A stretch of 63,180 bases of DNA, counting the filler, from Reticulomyxa filosa (lineage: Eukaryota; Protista; Foraminifera), in assembly GCA_000512085.1 (NCBI GenBank). It is 18 parts of 18 records of this genome, joined end to end, with 100 filler letters (N's around TTAATTAATTAA, not from the genome) between each part and the next. Parts side by side here need not be neighbours in the genome. Positions count along the whole stretch, not along the records: positions 24,377 to 31,475 come from ASPP01012927.1; positions 31,576 to 32,655 come from ASPP01045471.1; positions 32,756 to 35,463 come from ASPP01035763.1; positions 35,564 to 37,073 come from ASPP01021753.1; positions 37,174 to 38,586 come from ASPP01046124.1; positions 38,687 to 39,716 come from ASPP01002068.1; positions 39,817 to 42,828 come from ASPP01004117.1; 11 more parts are not named here. One strand, written 5' to 3'. Positions 26,557 through 40,230 of the stretch are shown piece by piece. A program made the translations under genes and the position numbers. Position 1 is the first letter of the stretch. Each line of letters starts with the position of its first letter. The notes under the pieces were generated by a model. That model saw only the letters and a program-made list of their open reading frames with translations. It did not search any database and was not told the origin of the DNA.

Positions 26557-28892
26557 TGTTCCAGGATCACAAAGAAGATGAGCAAAAACGGTTGAGTATT
26601 CCCTTTCAAACTCTAACAATTCAGATCAAATCAAGATTTTCTGTTTGTTTAGTCCGTCCACTCTTCAAAACAAACACTGACTCCATTTTTAAAAAAGGTC
26701 CGCTATTCCGTGGAAAGACACAGAAAATTTCGATTGCATAATCGCAATTGATTTTGGAACAGAAGGGACAGCAATGAGTATTAATATGAAAAAATCGAAA
26801 GGGGCTCATCTCATAACAGATTGGAACAGTAGTGGAATATCTGATCGAGCAGAATTAAATGGAAAAACAAAGACAGCATTGTTATTGGATGAAAATCATA
26901 ATGTCATTGCTTTTGGAAATGAGGCCTGGCATCAGTTTCAAATCTAAATTTTAAATTAACATCATACACAAACAAACAAAAACAATTGAATTTGTTTTTA
27001 TTTGTTCTTGAAAGATATCAATCTCCAAACAACAAAGATACCAATAAACGATTGTTATTTCATCGATTCAAAATGTATTTATATGGTTGGTTTTCATTTT
27101 TATTCTTTTATTTTTATTTTTATTCAAGAAAAGAGAGTCATTATATGCATAAATAAAAAATAGATGTAGCAGGTCAATATCAGACAAACAAACAATCAAC
27201 TATTAAACAAGAATTGCAATCCATGAATGGTGTCAATGTCAAATCTGAAACTGTGTTTGTTGGTGCTTTGAAATATTGCAAACAAAAGGCAATGCGATAT
27301 TTGGAGCAAAATAATTTGATTGTAAATGAAAATAAAATACAATGGGTACTAACTGTTCCAGCAATTTGGAGTGAAGAAGCAAAAGGATTAATGAAACAAT
27401 GGGCAAAACAGGCAACTTTGTGGAATTCATCCATTCCTAATCAATTGATTATTGCACTTGAACCTGAATGTGCAAGTGTTTGTATGATGCTTGCAATGCA
27501 AGATAATCGAAGTGGAATACAATTTAAAACAGGAGATTGTTATATGATGATGGATTTGGGAGCAGGGACTGCTGATATGGTGTGTCATGAGATCACAGCA
27601 CCATTTCAAGTCAGAGAAATGATTGCTTCATTTGGTGGACCTTGGGGTGGTTCTTATATTGATCATAATATTGAGACAATCTTTAAACAAATATTCGGAG
27701 AAGAGAGAATGAAGAAATTCCAAATGATATGTCCTAAACATTATTTTCAATTATTGGATAATATTGAAAAAAGTAAACAACGTTTTTTTGTAAATAAAAA
27801 AACAACTGGAGTTCATCGTATTGAAATTCCATATGAATTTGACCAATTTATGCAAGAAAATATCATTGGTGAGTTGGAAGAATTAGTTGCTAAATTTAAA
27901 TACCTTGAAGAATCTGGGTTTGTTTGTTTTAAATGTATTAAAAAGTTTTTAGTTATTTACAAAAAAAAACAACTGCTGTTCATTGCTTGATGAAACAAAT
28001 AAAATAAAAAAGACATTCATATGATGGTGCAGATTTATCACTTTCTTGTAAATTGTGGATGAAATTATTTGATTTAAGAATTAATCCAATTATCAAACAA
28101 ATAGATGAGATGTTGGTGAAAAATGAAGAAATATTGAATGGAAAATTGAAATATATGTGTTTGGTGGGTGGATTTAGCCAATCTCATTATCTGCAATTCA
28201 AACTCAAACAACATTACGAATCGAAATACACATTTGTAATTCCGCAAAGACCTGTTTTATCAGTAATTGAAGGAGCTGCGCAATTAGCAAGAACTGCTCC
28301 TTTCATCACTTCCAGAATTGTTAAATATACTTATGGGACTGGTGCTGGCTGGCCAACTGAAAGAGCTCAATCTCATCCGAAAATTAGTGAAGATCATATC
28401 AACAAACACAAATATATTAGTGATATTAACAATAAAGAGTACGTTGATGGCTGTTTCAATGTATTTGTGAATAAAGATGAAGAAGTGAAAGTGGGACAAG
28501 TTAATATTTGAATATTTGTTGTGATCAATTGTTATGTTTCAATAATCAAATGTTGATATTATTTTTTTCTGTTGATTTTTTCATTATTTGATTATTTACA
28601 GATGATTGAAATGAGTTATTCCCCAAGAAGTAAAAATAACAAAAACGCATATGTCCCAATCTATCGTAGTGAGAAAATAGATCCAGGAGTGACAACAGAA
28701 TGCAAATGTTTAGGAAATGTTAATGTTCCATTTCCGGAAGATTTTGACAATATGAAAGATAGCTTTTATGCTCGTTTTTATTTTGGTGAAACAATGATTC
28801 GAGTGACAGTGACAATCAAAGGAAAAGAATATGTTGAAAAAGAAGAAGAAATAAGATATGATTTCACTCAGTTTTTAAATATTTTGGATTAA
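26557..28892 (+). CDS. HSPA12-like atypical Hsp70, paralogue B, multi-exon
   Basis: IAIDFGT at ~26742, KTKTALLLD...FGNEA, WVLTVPAIW, ALEPECAS, DLGAGTAD, LVGGFS and FYFGETMI. Confidence 0.9.
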
Positions 28893-30583
28893 TTTTGTTT
28901 AGATTCTTGGAAAAGGCTTCTAAAGATTCAATGTTTCAGGAGATTTGATGTAGATTATAGCCGGAACTTTAAATATAAATTTGCTGGTATCAAATAACTA
29001 AACATTTAAAAATTTGACTTTTAAAATTTGTTCAAATAGAGACTATAAAATCAATCTAGCAAATTGAAGTGCACTGTTCGATAACCTTGATACAATAGGC
29101 ATGCATTATTCAGCAAAGATAAACCGCTGGTGTCGAATCCTTTTTTTGGTATACTAGACATTAGAGCTGTGATCACGTTTTTTAGAAAAGAGGTGAAGGA
29201 AGCATAGAAACAAAAAGAGTAATTGAAAATGAACACAGACAAATGAGAAGTTGCATCAAAAAACGAGATGAAGCTATGTCGATATTGCAAAGTGATTTGT
29301 CTTTATGACTTAATAAATCAAATGAATTGTCAGAATTCTCTTCCTTACTTTTAAAATAAAAAAAGTAAAATTTAATCATTTTTGCCATGGCTATTGTTTT
29401 GATTTTGCTTAGGTTTCTCCGGGATATTTTTATTATTTCCCTTCTTCTTTTTTTTTTTTGGATTGATTTTCAGTACCATTTGATTTGTTTTGTGGCGAGT
29501 CTGTTTCATCTTTTTTCAAAGATGAAGCTTTGTCTGTATCCTTTGATTTTGAAGGTGACGAAGGTTTGTCAAACAACGCAAGGTAATGTTCCTTCTCTTG
29601 AGCCTTATTTACCGTTAGTAACCATTGTTCCTTTCATTGCCAATAACAAACAATGCCAAAAATATTCATACTTTTTCCTTCCCTCTCAAGAGTATTGTCC
29701 CAACAAATCAATTCAACAAAAGAAAAAACTAAACAGGGTTTCTACTGAACCATGGCCAATCTGGGGTAGTCAAAAACGCTGCGAACAAAAATCCACCAAT
29801 GACTCCGTACGTTGTGTAAGGAAAATAACTGGCCTTAAACGCGTATATTATGCTGCCGAGCTGTTATTAGGTGTATTTGCATTTCGTTTTTTTTACCTTT
29901 TCTTTCCTTTCAGACAAAATTGGAACATAAAACATAAAGTTTGGTATAATCCACCTAAACGGAAAAAAGAATTAAAAGAATTTGAGCTAATCTCTCCGCC
30001 AACTTAATTCCAGCCCAGTCCTGTGTACGTCAGTCACGTTTTTTCTCAGATACAAAATTTTGATGGCAGTAGCCAACCAAAATAAACAAAAGATAAAAAG
30101 ATAATAGATTTATTTCAATCCAAAATTAATTACCATAATATTTAGTTTTTCAGGAAGAACAGTTTTATGAACAACCCCAAAAGGGTGCGTTTTAAAGTAT
30201 TTTTCAAAACGACATAACTGTTAATTCTCTTGTGCTCAAGAACTTGTTTTAAATCACTAAAAAATGCTGTATTTTTCTAAAAATGTATGCGGAAGGACAG
30301 GCTTAGACTAGAACGATAATGACTTTCAGGATAAAAGTGCTGAGCCTTCAATACAATTACATTGAGACTGCAATAAATAAATTTGAAATTTCACCCAAAA
30401 ATAATAACTAATGGCATTACTGTAATGCAATTTCCTAGAATAAATTTGTTTTCTTTTTTTGTGGGGATTTAAAAAAGGCGTTTCCAAACATAATAAGCAA
30501 CTTGGCAAAAGTCTTGTAGGTCAAATTTTGGGTGCTAAAGAAAAAAACCAGAGGAGAAAGCAATAAATCAAAAAGTGATAATA

Positions 30584-31335
30584 ATGTCATCGGGAAACAA
30601 AAATGCAGAAAGAGGAAAGAGTGAAGGTGACGGCGTAAAGAATTTGGGAATAAAAGACTGCCACTACGAGAAATACACAGACGAGAACTGGCCGGAAAAG
30701 GAATGTTACAAACTGACAAAAGACGGTGAAGTGCGCAAAATAATATTGAAAAAGTCGTCCTCAACACAGACCCCAAAGGCATTAGGACGTATTTGGAGTT
30801 AACCTAAAAACAATAATGAGCAAATGAAATTGCATATACAATTATATAATACATATACATATGTGTGTAATGTGTATATGTATATGTATACAATGAAAAA
30901 TGAAGCAAATTTTATATAATGAAAAAAAAAAAAAAAAAAAGTGAATGTGAAAGGGAAGACGAGTAAAGGGGTAGTATTTGAGGATTTGATGTTTGAAGAG
31001 CGAGACATAATATTGGGACAAGGCGAGCATTGCAAGGGCGTGGAAATGGCGGTGGTGACGATGAATGTCGGCGATCATTGCGTTGTGGAAATTGGCAGTG
31101 CGGAGTACAGCTATCGAAACGAAAGTTTGCCGCGCAACTGTCCAAAGAACAATGATCAAATGGACTTTCCATTGACGTTTGAGGTCATACTTGTCGACTG
31201 CATGCTACCGCTAAAGAGTCTTTTGGGAACCTCTTTCGAAGAGCAATTCCAATCGGTTCAATTGTTTCGAGAAAAAGGCAATCAACGTTATGAGAAAAAG
31301 AGATATCTCACGGCCATGAAATTATATGAAAAAGT
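30584..31335 (+). CDS. FKBP-type PPIase with TPR (FKBP4/ROF1-like), partial
   Basis: LTKDGEVRKIILK; GVEMAVVTMNVGD...EYSY...LTFEVIL; REKGNQRYEKKRY..AMKLY. Confidence 0.85.
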
Positions 31336-31437
31336 TGAGGTTTTTTTGTTTTTTTTTTTTTAAATCTATTGATGAACTTTAAAAAAAAAATTTTGAAGTT
31401 CGGACCCTTTTTTTTTTTTTTTGGAATGAAAGAACTT

Positions 31438-31475
<38 letters not shown>

Positions 31476-34400
31476 NNNNNNNNNNNNNNNNNNNNNNNNN
31501 NNNNNNNNNNNNNNNNNNNTTAATTAATTAANNNNNNNNNNNNNNNNNNNNNNNNNNNNNNNNNNNNNNNNNNNNTTAAAATTTTTTTTGAGAATGGAGA
31601 AGGTAGTAACATGATGATTATGTATGACATAATTGTATGCAAATGACGAGTTTGACATCACTGAACCAGTGCGCGTTTTTTTTTAACTCCTTTATTTTCT
31701 TAGTTTTATTAATGACCCAAATTTTTTTATTATTTTAATTGTCCTGTCAAATAGTCCCTATTTTTTTGACAGACGAACCCTCTGAAAAATCTGCGAACTT
31801 ATTCCGTCAATATCACTGCAACAAGATTGAGAGCCAGACAAAAAGTATTTAAACAGTACTTTGAAATTTGTGAATATAACGAACAATTACAGCAGATTAC
31901 AAGCTGTTTTCCTCGTCAAAAGCGAACATTTTTATCCTTTAAAAAGCCATAAATATTGATTATTCGATTTGGCTTGTTTTGGATGAGTATGCTGTTTTTG
32001 CGGATTTTCGTTCTCAGCTGTTATGAAATGGCCTTTTTTCTAACAAAATATCGGTAGGCCTTGTGAGAAAAGAGATTTTTGTTGTTAATTTTTTTTTTGG
32101 ACTAGTCAAAACTCTTTGTTGAGTAGTCAAATTTTTTTCTTTTGACTAGTAAAAATTCTATCATACATTTTCTTCTCATGTATACGTGCATTACCCTTTG
32201 CATTTTTTTTTGTCGCTTGATGAGACGACAAAAAATTATCAACAGCACAAATTTTCACTATTCATTTATTTCCATTTATCTTTTTTTAAATTAAATTTGA
32301 GGTATTGCTTTATAGACAATTTTTTAAAAATTGGACGGTCGCCAAAAAAAATTCGCTGTTCGAAACACCGTAAATCTATTTGTTTTTATTAATTTTGTGA
32401 ATAAGAATTTATGAAAAAAATATCCTTCCAATGTAATCAAAAAAAATTATTTGTCATTTTGACTTAATTGTAAACGAAAATATTCTCACCAAAGAAAAAA
32501 ACAATTTAACGAAAATAATACGTTACCTGAATTGCACCTGCGTTTCCGCAAAAACCAAATATTTAAAAACATATGACTAAGGATACGGGCTTGTCCTTGT
32601 CAGTACAACTGGTTGTAATAAAAAAAAACAAAAAAATTGTTAACCATTTAACAAANNNNNNNNNNNNNNNNNNNNNNNNNNNNNNNNNNNNNNNNNNNNT
32701 TAATTAATTAANNNNNNNNNNNNNNNNNNNNNNNNNNNNNNNNNNNNNNNNNNNNAACACAAATTTAAATAAAAAACGGAGTATTTGCATGTATAAGATA
32801 CAAATTTCGGACATTCAAACGCATTATCATTTTTATTATATCCAACATGAAATTCTCAATTGTTATAGAACAACATCATTCCTTTTTTTTTGATCATCTA
32901 TTTTGCTCCATTTCAGATTTGAATAAAAATTAGGGACATTTATACCACAGGACTGATAAAATGGCGTGTTTCATAAATTGAAATTGATCTAATTGAAATA
33001 CATTAACATTGTCAATAAGAGAAGTGATAAATGGCAAATGATGATTGCTTTCACTTACTTACATATTTCATTATCAATGTGTGAGTTGTGAATTCCTCTG
33101 TACAGAAGACAACAACGTAATTTTGCCAACATAAATTTCCCAAACTTATTCAAAGCATCAAAGAAATTGATCAGAAATGGATTTTTTTATGTTGATACTT
33201 TGTGTTTGACTGTCAATTGATCTTGATTCCTTTGATTCGAGGTATAGATTATATGCTTATTGTCACATTCTTAATTTATTTTGCAAAAATATTCTCGCAG
33301 ATGTCTCGTAGGACAATATGTCAAAACAATTTGTTTTTGTTAGTAAATTTATTGCACTATATTACTTGCAAATGATATCAAAACAATTATTGCTCTTTCA
33401 CTTCTGCAAGATGTTCTTTTTTTGAAAGGAAATTAGACATATTGTCAAAAATTAGCTGCAAAACAACAACTTAACAAAAGATTCAACGTAAAAAAAGGCC
33501 AATAATGACAAAAATGTAGATTGGATTATTCTTTTAATTGCGTTTCGAGAATCAAACCTTTTAAGTTGCTTCTTTGATTTAAATAAGACAAGAAAACAGA
33601 AAAAGAACTCACCCTTTTTAGGGACACTTTCGTTGATATTTTCAGAATAAAACAATTACAATCGATTCTATAGCGAATTTCATAGTTTCTTTTAAAACAT
33701 TGCTTTTGCATAGTACTTTTTAAATTAGTCGAATTTTAAAAAATATACGACTTAAAAAATGTGTCTTGGGTGTGCTTCTTTATTTAAAATAAGTAGATTA
33801 TTCATAAATGTTTATATTACATTTACACGTGAATAACTTTATAAAATATAAAAATCCATTCAAACTTATTTTTTTCTTCAATATTCATTGCATATAATAA
33901 ATTGATGACAAGAAAAAATAGAATAAATGAAAACATCGAATTTGTCTTTCTTTTTACATTATTAAATTATCAACAATAATAGGTATTCCACAAGTACAAA
34001 CGTCACAAATATCACAAGCAATGATACGTTGCGATTGAATTACAAAAAAATAAATTGCAGAAAATAAGTGAATAAATACAGCAAAAAGATACATTTTAAT
34101 TGAGTTGATGTAAATCACATTACAGATTTTTCTCTGAAGTAAATTCAACAAACGATGCTAATAGACCTTTCCAATCAATTGTCTTCTTTTTTGGGATAAT
34201 GTTTATGTAACCAGAAGATGAATACAAATGGGTTATACAAATAAAATCATGTAGAAAAAAGGATATTTGTTATTCTTTCAAACAAAAGAAGTGAGTTGTT
34301 TACTTTGTCCAACATACAAAAAATTTACTGATATCTGGATACTTTTATTTCGAATAATGTTTTCGCAAAGATAGAAAAAAATCCTTTATGACGTATATTC

Positions 34401-37173
34401 TTTGCATTGTCAGCGTTTTTCTGCTGACACGATATTATCATATCAATTTTCGCTATTTTGTTATTAAAGCTAAATAACAAATACTTCGATTTTTTGTAAT
34501 GCGCATATCCTTCTGAAAGATTCAAAAGATGTTTTCATTTACAATCCGAAAATGAATAAGTCCGTTTCTCGGGTAATTCCGCGGACAATAGATAACGCAT
34601 TGTGTATTGCAATCAAATGTTATCATGTTAAAACGAATAATTACTAAACAAATATTAAATAAAACAACACATAGTCATTGCAGATATTGTAATTGGTGGA
34701 ATTAGTTTGATTTTTTCTTTTTGATGATACTTGAAATTAAGCTTTTTTGAAAAAGAACAATTGCTTTTTTTCACAATGGAAAATTCAATATTTGAAAACA
34801 TAATATTAAAATCATTACAGATGAAAGTATTGACGATAAAATTAACAAATTGACATACGATTTTGTTAATTCAAAATTTTCATTCGGCTCTGGGATTTGC
34901 CAAAAAGTTTTAAACGACGGGGAAGCAGAATGCTAAAAAAAATCTCTACTTTTATAATAATAGTGGCAATTCATCCACAAACCTTGAGAATGACAAGTTG
35001 GGAAATAGGAAATGTCTGTAGTTTTACCAAGTCAAAACCTAACAATCAAACAGGACAAGGTCGTGGATTACGTTATGAAAACTACAGACCTGAAGAAAAT
35101 GAAAATGCAGTTATTTATAACACTAAAGCAAACCTTTTCATAAAAGAACTTCTAATGCATATTAACATACTTCGAGTTTTGATTATCGTCAAGTTCAGAA
35201 CAGAGGATATTTTAATCACAAACAAGATCCAAAAGAAATTGTATTCAATCAGCTGACAAAAAAATATGATTGAGATTATAAACTCAAACTGGATCTATGT
35301 CGAATCAGATGTCATGGAATGGAACATGCAAAAGATCATATTTTTCAATTGTTGCATGTTTGAACAAAATGTGGTTTCTGAAATTTGCGAAAGGAGTCCA
35401 AAAAAAACATCAAACAAACAAAATAAATTTGTTGACAATAACTATTACTATTTTTTGTCGTTCNNNNNNNNNNNNNNNNNNNNNNNNNNNNNNNNNNNNN
35501 NNNNNNNTTAATTAATTAANNNNNNNNNNNNNNNNNNNNNNNNNNNNNNNNNNNNNNNNNNNNTGCAAAAAGTGAACAGTAGCAACGGGGGAAAAGGTAC
35601 ACACGTAGAAACAGTGGAGCAAAGAGGTGGGAAAATTGCAAAAAGAAAAAAAACCAAGAAACAAACGGGAAAGTATCTGGAATAATGACAATACCACTAA
35701 TCGATACCATAATCTCCATAATAACTCCATATCAATCTATTTACAAAAAAAAAGCACTAAATTAGTATCAATGAAATGCAAGTATTAATCAAACAGAAAT
35801 AACTTTGAGATTCGGATAAATGTCGTATGACGGCCGTCGTCAGCCCAGTAGGCGCTTTTATCGTCCTCGTATGGCCTCTACATCCCTCTGTTAGCACGGC
35901 GCACTGCCGGCAACACCAAGGGGGAGACCCGATCTTATGTCCATCCACAGATGGACATCGCCACACCAGTTCTGCAAGCATGATATTTTCGGTGATGCAT
36001 TTCATGCAAACACCGATGCGCCTGTGTCGCACGCATTTCTTGCGATAATACATCGCAAATTTGGTATGCGCTGCAATGCGCTGACGGCTGACTGGCTCCG
36101 TCCAAGTAAATAAAGTAATCCACCACCAACACCACCAATCAGCACAATATCCATCTGCAATCAAGTTAATACTGGAACCCAAAACTAAAATCACGACGTA
36201 ATCCATCACCAAAATCACGCCGGGCCCACAACTGAAATAACACTGGAACACACGATTTAATCTTAATTCGAACAATCTTCGACTTCTTTTTTTTTTTTTT
36301 TACAGTATTTTCTTAGCTCCAAACTTTTAACATTTTAAAAAACAAAGAAAAAAAGCAAAAAGCTGTTTGTCTACTTTCTTCGATACGAAATATACGAGGG
36401 GATCAGCAATATTTTCTCCACCGGCGCTGGACACTGGACAAACTGTTGAAAAACTGTAAAAAAAAGGGGAGAAAAAGTTCCTCACCAACAACAAATAAAA
36501 TTTCTTTTTTATATTCGCAATTTGATGTAGAATAAATGCAGAAAAACTGACTCTGTTATAGCAAAGACTTTTTGAAAAAACAAAGTTGAATATTTAATAC
36601 AACTAACTATTATTTCATGAATTTAAGAATCAAAATCAAGATTAATGTTTAAATTTTGTCTTTTTTTTTTGATAATTGCAAATTTGCTATAACTCTTTAA
36701 TTTTTCCTTTGAAAAATTAAAACCTTTGAGTCATAAAAAAAGTACACATGATAACTGACTTTTATCAAAATTAAGTACAAGTATATGTTGTCCTAGAGAA
36801 AATCATGTAATGCAGTACAAAAATTGTTCTGCTAGATATTCTTTGTGAAATACGTAAATAATAATCAAAAACATATTGAACAGTGGGATTCGTAAAAGAG
36901 ACTATGTGCATTATTGTCCCATATACACAAAATATTCCAATTCATACACAAAAAAAAAAATGTTTGGAGGGAATATCTCGCTATCTCTTGCTTTCAAGAA
37001 ATAGTGTTTGTCCATTTCTGTGTCGGTAATGTTCTTGCAAATAGTTTTGAAAACAAAAGTTATATTTTTTATCNNNNNNNNNNNNNNNNNNNNNNNNNNN
37101 NNNNNNNNNNNNNNNNNTTAATTAATTAANNNNNNNNNNNNNNNNNNNNNNNNNNNNNNNNNNNNNNNNNNNN

Positions 37174-37213
<40 letters not shown>

Positions 37214-37215
37214 AA

Positions 37216-38553
37216 GAGTAGAAAAAATTGCACAAATATAACAGATATTCGCAAGGAGTGGAAGAAGATTCTTATGCTGCTATCTGTACTTTGGTAGGAG
37301 CCTTAGAAGAAAATACTTGCTGTTTTGAATACAGAACCAAAGATCAGAGCTACGAACAAAGTGAAAATATAGCTGAAAACATGTTCGCACAGATATGCAA
37401 AAAATCAGAGGTTGCATCTATCTTTGATGGAATAGCTCTAGAAGAAGTTTGGAGTGTTTTTTTTTTTAAAAAGGAGCCTTTTTTCCTTTTTCTATATAAC
37501 TGTTGCTAAAATTCACAGGAGCACTGTCTTTCTTGTGGCACTACCGGCCAGCATTATCAGTCTTTTCGCAACCTAACATTACCTGCGACCAGCTCCAAAT
37601 TAATGATTACAGTGTACGTATTCAAAGACGTCGATGATGCCTATTCTCCGGTGATGGTGGAAGTGCTAGCATCTTCGAAAATATGTGTGCTAAAGCATCG
37701 GCTAAAGGAAATATTAAAAAACACAGAAGAGGACAATTTGTGCCTCGGATATGTGAATGTAAGCAATAAATTAAGCGAGTTAGTAACCGTTGTCGATGAT
37801 CAGGAAGATGTAAGCAGTTTTATTTTTAAGAAACGCGGCTTTTTTTATGCAAATCAAGTAGTAGACATACAAGAATGTTCAAACTACCTTGAAGAAGAAA
37901 AGACGGACCAATTTGTAATTTTTCCAGTGTTACAATGCATAGCAAAGCGTCAGTATTATCGTATCAATTTTTGCAAGGTGCCTAAAAAAAGTCAGTACAA
38001 GAGCATGGAAATCGTGAACAATTTTAAAAGTTTTAATACGGATAGACGTACCGCATATGTTGCAGCACTTTTCCAAGGAGACGAATATATCAACGTCGCA
38101 GGGGATTGGTTGATTGATTTTGACAAGCCGTTATCTTTGACAATTGTCTTTTATCAGCACCAGTTTCAACAGGTGGACAATATATTTTTTTCAAAGTTTT
38201 TAATATTTGTGATGGTGTATAAACTTTTAAAAAACAAGTCAAGTTTAACAGTTAGCGATTTTGTTTCGTTATGTTGTCTCCACATTTGCAATTGTATATC
38301 GCGTCTTTGCGATTGGATATCGCGTCTTTGCAGCAAGATATCGCATTCTTGCAATTGGATACCGCATTTTTGCAGCAAGATATGGTATATTTGCAGCGAG
38401 ACGCGTAGAAATGCAGCTGACACTGACGAATCCAAATTAATGGAGGATCAATCACATAATAACCGTGTTGAAGTGCAAGAACCGATCACTTGTGAAGTGG
38501 AATATTCAAAATTCAATGGTCATCACTCCAGGATTTTAAATGAAACCTTTCAG
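37216..38553 (+). CDS. Ubiquitin-specific protease (USP4/15-like) internal fragment, divergent
   Basis: EEDSYAAICTLVGALEE (QQD box variant), SEVASIFDG, CLSC...FRNLTLP, then a Ubl-like insert. Confidence 0.55.
38288..38402. repeat. 21-bp minisatellite, ~5.5 copies
   Basis: tgcaattgtatatcgcgtctt / tgcgattggatatcgcgtctt / tgcagcaagatatcgcattct / tgcaattggataccgcatttt / tgcagcaagatatggtatatt. Confidence 0.85.
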
Positions 38554-39843
38554 GTACCTTCCATTTTTTCTTTCTCTTTATTAATCNNNNNNNNNNNNNN
38601 NNNNNNNNNNNNNNNNNNNNNNNNNNNNNNTTAATTAATTAANNNNNNNNNNNNNNNNNNNNNNNNNNNNNNNNNNNNNNNNNNNNAAATATTCCTGCAC
38701 TTTCAATTTGTTGAGATTTCGTTTCTATTATAACATCTGCGAAAGTTAGTGTATCCTAGTTTTTGTAATATTAGATAAAGAAAACAACATCAATTAATTT
38801 AAATTGCTTAAAAAGACAACAGTAATAAATGTTTAACTGCAATGAATTTGGAAAGTTTTGCTCTTGATCAATTTCGATAACGCATATATGGGCTTGATAA
38901 AAAACGCGACGCACATCCAAGGGATTATTGTGTCGTCATCTTCATTCACATTGTCTCCGTGTAGACGTGGACATATGACTTGCTTATCACAATAGGTTCA
39001 TACTTCTTTTATCGATACGTTGTTATCGTTGTTTCACTTCCATAAGATTTATTGCAACTTCCACATTGTCGCTATTTATCGATACTTTTGCCTCTTCTCT
39101 TTCGTTTCTTTTTCCCTTCTCACTATTTAAAGCAAAAAACTTCACAATGAAAGAGTCCATGTTTGCATCGTATATTATAACCACTAAAAATAGGATACAA
39201 ACAACATACATCAACACCAACCTTCAAATAGAGCTGATATCCTTCACTTCTGATCTCTTTCTTTTATTTTCTTTCTATTTCCTATGCTTTTTCTCTCTCA
39301 TTGTTCTGGATAACGTATATATGTATATATTCATTGTTTGAATTTGAATAATTGCAGGATTGCATGCCCAAGGAAAGTTTCAACCCATTGAATATGCATC
39401 CACTTGAATATTTCCATCATTGTCTAAAGGCGTATCCACTACAACAACTCTGGTACAACTGTTCTCTCGTTCCTTTCTTTGATTGTGTAATTTTATCACA
39501 AAATACACTTTTGATATGTAATTGTGATAAGCATCAAGAAAAGACCGATTTGGGTAACGACACGATTGCGCTGCGTTCTGTCGACATATATGGATTCATG
39601 TCACTTCCTTCACCTCGATGTGGCAGCAATATAATTGTTACTTGCTCCCAAGCTACAAATTGGCTAATTTGTTAAAATTGCTTTGCCTGATTTCGATCCC
39701 TATGTTCGCAGGACGTNNNNNNNNNNNNNNNNNNNNNNNNNNNNNNNNNNNNNNNNNNNNTTAATTAATTAANNNNNNNNNNNNNNNNNNNNNNNNNNNN
39801 NNNNNNNNNNNNNNNNAATACTTAAAACATGTATGATGGATAC

Positions 39844-40230
39844 ACACGTATATAACATAGATCTCAACAAATACAACCATGTCAATTGAACATTAGAAAG
39901 TGGTGGTTGCGGTGCCAGAAAGTAAGGTGAAGTCAAATAATGCCAAATTTATGGCATATTCGATTGCAAGTATTTGCCTCAAATTTTGTTTGTTTTTGTT
40001 TCTTTTGATTTTTTAAAATAATTTCGACATCGTTTCTCTAGCTCACCTAACATCTTTCACCAAATTATATTCATTGTAAAAAATTTCTAAATTTTAATAT
40101 TCAAATCTAAAAGAAAGTCAAAATATGCAGATAGATTCGATTTGGGTTTTCACTTATGTCTTTGAAAAAACTGATAGTTGGAATTAATTGCAGTAATGGA
40201 ATATGCTCTTATATTGTTTAGAGTTGGTGC
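39844..40230 (+). repeat. Interspersed repeat, copy 1
   Basis: Collinear with 56037-56445. Shared blocks include cacacgtatataacatag, tggcatattcgatt.caagtattt, aaatctaaaagaaag, ggttttcactt.tgtctttgaaaaaa and tattgtttagagttggt. Confidence 0.8.

Noticed and set aside
29387-30007. 206-aa ORF
   Set aside because: No recognisable motif and an F/L/K-rich composition typical of chance AT-rich ORFs.
31740-32155. Short palindromes (ctgtcaaa..tttgacag; ttttggactagtcaaaa)
   Set aside because: Too short and AT-rich to distinguish from chance or a decayed MITE.
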